Source: Patescibacteria group bacterium (lineage in GTDB: Bacteria > Patescibacteriota > Patescibacteriia > UBA9570 > JAHJKD01). Taken from it: a DNA stretch of 64,000 bases. Below, one piece after another: positions 59,125-64,000 of this stretch. The stretch's first letter is position 1, and every line of letters starts with the position of its first letter. A model generated the notes under the pieces. It made no database searches, was not told the origin of the DNA, and worked only from the letters and a program-made list of their open reading frames with translations. The stretch lies in NCBI GenBank assembly GCA_043798935.1, contig JAZDOC010000002.1, positions 20,874 through 84,873 of the forward strand, given 5' to 3'. A program made the translations under genes and the position numbers.

Positions 59125-59634
59125 ATGATCCAACATTATGAACTGCTTTTTATTATCCCTGGATCTAGCGATGAAGCTAGTGTACCGGTGGTAAAAGAAA
59201 AAGTAGCCGAATTAATCAAAAAAAATGAAGGCCAAATTACCCGCGACCAAGATTGGGAGCGCCGCAAATTGGCTTACAAAATCAAACAAGAAGCCTATGG
59301 TTATTATTGGCTAATAGAGTTTGATGGTGAAACAAAAAATATTATTGAAATTTCCCGTCAATTAGAATTAATGCCGGAAATTTTACGCTTTTTGCTGGTA
59401 AAAGCTCGCGTTAAAACCGCCGCCGAATTAGCTGAAGAAGTTGTAATTAAAGAAAAAATCCGTGCTCGCCAAACCGAAGAAGTAAAACAAGAAATTAAAG
59501 AAGCCGACTCTAAACAACAAGTTGAAATTAAGGATAAAGAAGTTAAAAAAGAAGAAAAAATCGAAGGCAAGGTTTCAATGGAAGATTTAGATAAAAAATT
59601 AAATGAACTATTAGGCGACGATTTAGACGTTTAA
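59125..59634 (+). CDS. rpsF: 30S ribosomal protein S6 (long C-terminal tail)
   Basis: YELLFII, W.RRKLAYKIK and ILRFL. Confidence 0.95.
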   Translation: MIQHYELLFIIPGSSDEASVPVVKEKVAELIKKNEGQITRDQDWERRKLAYKIKQEAYGYYWLIEFDGETKNIIEISRQLELMPEILRFLLVKARVKTAAELAEEVVIKEKIRARQTEEVKQEIKEADSKQQVEIKDKEVKKEEKIEGKVSMEDLDKKLNELLGDDLDV

Positions 59635-59655
59635 TTAATCTCTAAACTAAAATAT

Positions 59656-60105
59656 ATGGACTTAAATAAAGTAATGATCATAGGCCGGCTAACACGCGAT
59701 CCTGAAGTTAGGACCATCCCATCAGGGCAATCCGTGGCATCTTTTTCGCTAGCCACCAACCGCTCTTGGAAAGATCAAAGCGGCCAAGTACAAAACAAGG
59801 TTGAATACCACAATATCGTAGCTTGGCGCAAGCTGGCTGAGATTATTCAACAATATGTAAAAAAGGGTAGCCGTTTATATGTTGAGGGCCGTTTAGAAAC
59901 TCGCACTTGGGATGACCAAACCGGTGCTAAAAAGTATCGCACTGAAATCATTGTTGATAACATGATTATGCTTGATAGTAAAGGTTCCACCGGTGGTACA
60001 CCAGCCCCAGCCGCTCCCGCGAGCCCATCTTATAACGCACCGGCACCAGAGCCAAGCGTGAATAATCCCGATGAAGAAATTAGCGTGGAAGACATCCCAT
60101 TTTAA
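59656..60105 (+). CDS. ssb: Single-stranded DNA-binding protein
   Basis: NKVMIIGRLTRDPE and C-terminal EDIPF. Confidence 0.98.
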   Translation: MDLNKVMIIGRLTRDPEVRTIPSGQSVASFSLATNRSWKDQSGQVQNKVEYHNIVAWRKLAEIIQQYVKKGSRLYVEGRLETRTWDDQTGAKKYRTEIIVDNMIMLDSKGSTGGTPAPAAPASPSYNAPAPEPSVNNPDEEISVEDIPF

Positions 60106-60135
60106 CCTTTTAATAATTGAAAATTGTAATACAAT

Positions 60136-60372
60136 ATGCCAAGAAAAAAAATTAAAAAACGACGAACTAAAGCAGAACAATTTTGCTATTTCTGTGTAAA
60201 CAATATTAAAGATATTGATTACAAACAAACCGATATTATTGCAAAATTCACTTCCAATTATGCCAAAATTTTACCACGAAGCCGCATGGGATCATGTGCT
60301 TCGCATCAAAGAAAATTAACCCAAGCGGTTAAAAGAGCACGCTACATGGCACTTTTACCTTACACCAAATAA
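60136..60372 (+). CDS. rpsR: 30S ribosomal protein S18 (Zn-binding C+ form)
   Basis: CYFC, IDYK, KILPR and C.SHQR.L..AVKRAR.MALLPY. Confidence 0.97.
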   Translation: MPRKKIKKRRTKAEQFCYFCVNNIKDIDYKQTDIIAKFTSNYAKILPRSRMGSCASHQRKLTQAVKRARYMALLPYTK

Positions 60373-60394
60373 TCTAGATCGTTTTCAAATATTT

Positions 60395-60422
60395 AAGCGC
60401 GGTTTTATAACTGCGCTTTTTA
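60395..60422 (+). terminator. Intrinsic terminator after rpsR
   Basis: AAGCGCGGTT-TTAT-AACTGCGCTT-TTT. Confidence 0.7.
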
Positions 60423-60489
60423 TTTTACTTTCTTTTTATTGAAGCGAGCTTATGGTATAATAAATATTATTAATATTAATTATTTTCTC

Positions 60490-61926
60490 ATGAAACGCAC
60501 AAAAATAATCTGCACCATCGGCCCATCTTCCCAAAGCAAGCCGATTATCTTAAAAATGATTAAAGCCGGCATGGACGTAGCCAGGCTTAATTTTTCTCAT
60601 GGTACCTACCGCCAGCATGCTACCCTTATTAAAAATATCCGCGCCGCCGCCAAACAAGCCGGCCGCAATGTAGCCATTATGCAAGATCTGCAAGGCCCGC
60701 GTATTAGAATTGGTAAAGTCGATACGAACGGCATTGATTTAATACGACGCGACAAAGTGGTTTTAATTCATGAAACAAAAATCACTAAAAAACTTCAAGC
60801 TCAATTCAAAAACGGAAACTATAAAGTATTACCTGTCCAACTAAAAGATTTATATAAATACGCTGTAAGAGGCACTGATGTTTTAATTAACGACGGTCTG
60901 ATTTCTATTAATGTAAAAAAGGTCGCCCAAGATATTATTTATGGTGTTGTAGCCCGCCCCGGAATTGTGTTTAGCCATAAGGGCATTAATTTGCCCGGAG
61001 TTAAAATTGAAACCAAGGCCATTACTGATAAAGACCGCAAAGATTTAGCTTTTGGCTTAAAGCAAAAAATAGATTATGTAGCCTTGTCTTTTGTAAACAG
61101 CACCAAAAATGTTATCGAACTCAAAAAATTATTAGGAGCAAGTTTCCAAGTAGGCATTATTGCTAAAATTGAAACCACTGAAGGCGTAAATAATTTTACA
61201 CAAATTTTAAAATTGGCCGACGGTATTATGGTAGCCCGCGGAGACTTAGGAATTGAAACTCCGCCCGATAAAGTTCCGCTTCTGCAAAAAGATATGATTA
61301 GAGCTTGTTTAAAGGCGGCTAAACCTGTAATAGTCGCCACTCAAATGCTTGATTCAATGATTTTAAATCAGCGACCAACCCGCGCTGAAGTTTCCGATGT
61401 GGCTAATGCCGTAATTGATCATACCGATGCGGTGATGCTTTCCGGTGAAAGCGCTTTTGGAAAGTACCCGGTTGAATCAGTAAAAATTATGGCCGAGATA
61501 ATTAAAGAAACTGAAAAGTCGCCTTACGATAATGTACCTTCTCATTTTTTAACTGCTAGAACAAAAAATATTTCCGAGTCTATTTCCGCTAATGTTTTCG
61601 ACTTGGCTCAAGAGAATAATGTAAAGACGATTATTGTTGATTCTTTATCTGGTTTAACAGCACGCTTAATCAGCCGTTTCCGCCCTGAAGCTAAAATTAT
61701 TGTATTAACCAGCAACCCGGCGACCGTAAATAAAATGGCTTTGATTTGGAGCGCTTATGCCTATTATTTACCGCTTTGTAAAAACTTAGACGACTTATTA
61801 AAAAAATCTGTAAATTTAGTAAAAAAAGAAAAGCTAGTTAAAGCGAGTGACAAAATTATTATCGTTACCGGCCACCCGGTCGGGGAAAGCCATGGAATGA
61901 ATTTAATAAAAATTCAAACCGTCTAA
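60490..61926 (+). CDS. pyk: Pyruvate kinase
   Basis: RTKIICTIGP, RLNFSHG, IAKIE, MVARGDLG, ATQMLDSM and MLSGESA. Confidence 0.97.
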   Translation: MKRTKIICTIGPSSQSKPIILKMIKAGMDVARLNFSHGTYRQHATLIKNIRAAAKQAGRNVAIMQDLQGPRIRIGKVDTNGIDLIRRDKVVLIHETKITKKLQAQFKNGNYKVLPVQLKDLYKYAVRGTDVLINDGLISINVKKVAQDIIYGVVARPGIVFSHKGINLPGVKIETKAITDKDRKDLAFGLKQKIDYVALSFVNSTKNVIELKKLLGASFQVGIIAKIETTEGVNNFTQILKLADGIMVARGDLGIETPPDKVPLLQKDMIRACLKAAKPVIVATQMLDSMILNQRPTRAEVSDVANAVIDHTDAVMLSGESAFGKYPVESVKIMAEIIKETEKSPYDNVPSHFLTARTKNISESISANVFDLAQENNVKTIIVDSLSGLTARLISRFRPEAKIIVLTSNPATVNKMALIWSAYAYYLPLCKNLDDLLKKSVNLVKKEKLVKASDKIIIVTGHPVGESHGMNLIKIQTV

Positions 61927-61958
61927 TTTTTTAATATTAACTATTAATATTTTTTCTC

Positions 61959-64000
61959 ATGACTAAACAACAAAAAAAGAAAAAATTTATTCTTTGGTTT
62001 AAAGATTTAAACATTCACGATGTAGATGTAGTGGGCGGAAAAAATGCTTCACTGGGCGAAATGTATAACAACCTCACCCAAAAGTGTATTAATGTTCCGA
62101 ACGGTTTCGCCATTACAGCCAATGCCTATCGTTATATGTTGAAAAAAGCTGATATTGAAAATAAAATAAAAAAAATCTTAGCCAATTTAGATACGCACAA
62201 TTTAAAACAGCTAGCTGAAAAAGGATACAGGATACGAGAAATTATTTTAGGCGCAGAAATGCCTAAAGACTTGGAAAACGAAATTATTTCGGCTTACCGC
62301 GAATTATGCAAACAAGCCAAGCGCACTCACTTAGATGTAGCTGTACGTTCTTCAGCCACGGCCGAAGATTTACCCGACGCTTCTTTTGCTGGCCAGCAAG
62401 AAACTTTCTTAAACATCCGCGGAGAGTATGAAGTAATCTTAGCGGCCAAGCGATGTATGGCTTCTTTGTTTACTAATCGGGCTATATCATATCGCCAGGA
62501 TAAAAACTTCGATCATTTCGACATTGCTTTATCAGTTGGCGTGCAACGCATGGTGCGTTCCGACGAAGCCATTAGCGGAGTAATGTTTTCCATCGATACT
62601 GAATCGGGTTTTCAAAATGCAGTTTTAATAAATGGTTCTTACGGGCTAGGCGAAATGGTAGTCCAGGGAAAAGTTGATCCGGATGAATTTTATATTTTTA
62701 AACCCACATTGATGGACGGGGTTAATTTTAAAAATAAAAACACTTGCAACTATTGGTTCAAGTATGCGCCCATTATTGGCAAAACTTTGGGATCGAAAAA
62801 AATTAAAATGATATACTCGCCCGACGGTAACGAAAGCGTACGGGAAGTGCCGGTTCTGCCTGATGATCGCAAAGTGTTTTGTTTGAAAGAAAGAGAAGCG
62901 TTAAACTTGGCTTATTGGGCATGCTTAATTGAAAACCATTATAAAAAGCCCATGGATATCGAATGGGCTAAAGATGGCATCACCGGTGAATTTTATATTG
63001 TGCAAGCCAGGCCAGAAACAGTGCATTCCCAAGACGACAAAAAAATCTTGGAAGAATATAAACTATCGAAAAGAGGCAAAATAATCGCCGAGGGTGTAAG
63101 TGTGGGTTCGCGTATCGGTGTAGGTAAAGCTAACTTCATAAAAAGCGCTTCGGAAATAGGCCGTTTCAAAAAAGGCGATGTACTCGTCACTGAAATAACT
63201 GATCCGGACTGGGAACCGATTATGAAAATCGCTTCCGCTATTGTCACTAATTCTGGTGGACGCACTTCACATGCGGCTATCGTCTCGCGTGAACTTGGCA
63301 TTCCTTGTGTAGTGGGAACGCAAAACGCTACGCAAACTGTTAAGAACGGCCGTGATGTGACTGTGTCGTGTGCCGAAGGCGAGCGTGGCTATGTTTACGA
63401 AGGCGATATCCCATATCATGTAAAACGAACTGATCTGTCTAAGCTTAAAGAACCAAAAACCAAATTAATGCAGATCGTAGCCGATCCTTCCATGGCCTTT
63501 GATTATGCGCAGATTCCCAATCATGGAGTGGGGCTGGCCAGAGAAGAACTTATCATTTTAAACCATATTAAAATCCATCCGTTGGCATTGCTGCATTTTA
63601 ATAAAGTGACGGATCCGGAAACCAGACAACAGATTATAGACATGACTTATGGTTTTAAAAACAAAGAAGAGTTCTTTATTAAAAAATTAGCCGAGGGCAT
63701 CGGCCGCTTAGTAGCCGCCTACTGGCCTAATCCGGTAATTGTAAGAATGAGCGATTTTAAAAGCAACGAATATGCCGGCTTAATTGGTGGAAAATATTTT
63801 GAACCGCACGAAGAAAACCCCATGATTGGTTGGCGCGGTGCCAGCCGATATTACTCGCCACTTTATGAAGAAGCTTTTGCTTTGGAAGTTGAAGCGCTGA
63901 GAATTGTGCGCGAAGATATGGGCTTAAAAAATATGTGGGTAATGGTACCGTTCTGCCGCACGCCCGAAGAAGGCAAAAAAGTGATCAAGCTTTTAGACAA
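61959..64000 (+). CDS. ppsA: Phosphoenolpyruvate synthase, partial (runs off right edge)
   Basis: MTKQ...VGGKNASLGEM, AVRSSATAEDLPDASFAGQQET, DIEWAKDG, GGRTSHAAIVSRE and EENPMIGWRGASRY. Confidence 0.96.
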   Translation, partial: MTKQQKKKKFILWFKDLNIHDVDVVGGKNASLGEMYNNLTQKCINVPNGFAITANAYRYMLKKADIENKIKKILANLDTHNLKQLAEKGYRIREIILGAEMPKDLENEIISAYRELCKQAKRTHLDVAVRSSATAEDLPDASFAGQQETFLNIRGEYEVILAAKRCMASLFTNRAISYRQDKNFDHFDIALSVGVQRMVRSDEAISGVMFSIDTESGFQNAVLINGSYGLGEMVVQGKVDPDEFYIFKPTLMDGVNFKNKNTCNYWFKYAPIIGKTLGSKKIKMIYSPDGNESVREVPVLPDDRKVFCLKEREALNLAYWACLIENHYKKPMDIEWAKDGITGEFYIVQARPETVHSQDDKKILEEYKLSKRGKIIAEGVSVGSRIGVGKANFIKSASEIGRFKKGDVLVTEITDPDWEPIMKIASAIVTNSGGRTSHAAIVSRELGIPCVVGTQNATQTVKNGRDVTVSCAEGERGYVYEGDIPYHVKRTDLSKLKEPKTKLMQIVADPSMAFDYAQIPNHGVGLAREELIILNHIKIHPLALLHFNKVTDPETRQQIIDMTYGFKNKEEFFIKKLAEGIGRLVAAYWPNPVIVRMSDFKSNEYAGLIGGKYFEPHEENPMIGWRGASRYYSPLYEEAFALEVEALRIVREDMGLKNMWVMVPFCRTPEEGKKVIKLLD

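Noticed and set aside
46352-63301. Minus-strand ORFs within infB, rny, thiP, ymdB, rpsF, ssb, pyk and ppsA
   Set aside because: Antisense shadow frames of well-supported genes.

Overview
AT-rich bacterial chromosome segment, most likely Patescibacteria/CPR (Parcubacteria/ABY1-like). The evidence is OD1-type substitutions in the 16S rRNA, an expanded TrmB-like regulator family, a CPR-type Cys-rich protein and few Shine-Dalgarno motifs. Genetic code 11 (TGA is used as a stop). Content: housekeeping genes (tsaD, valS, trmD, nfo, tig, nusA, infB-rbfA-nrnA-clpP-rny, rpsF-ssb-rpsR, pyk-ppsA); a 16S rRNA gene followed by five tRNAs but no 23S; four more tRNAs; tandem GT-C glycosyltransferases; an H+-PPase, arcC-OTC, gdh/aminotransferase and trxAB; and a TPP-riboswitch thiamine salvage operon. 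Most notable observations: (1) a 36-44 kb region where three TrmB-like paralogues each carry a TGTCA-N7-TGACA box over their -35, next to orphan or compositionally foreign genes and a Cys-rich protein; (2) tRNA-Ala-derived 107-bp tandem repeats and a tRNA-Arg fragment, each carrying the same 30-bp twin-hairpin insertion at TTG^AA; (3) REP-like palindromes embedded in frame in two proteins, among at least six families of short palindromic repeats; (4) a Giardia-type OTC and a GAMT-like methyltransferase; (5) a candidate 6S RNA, candidate attenuators and parS sites. All calls come from manual reading and recalled family motifs; no searches were run.
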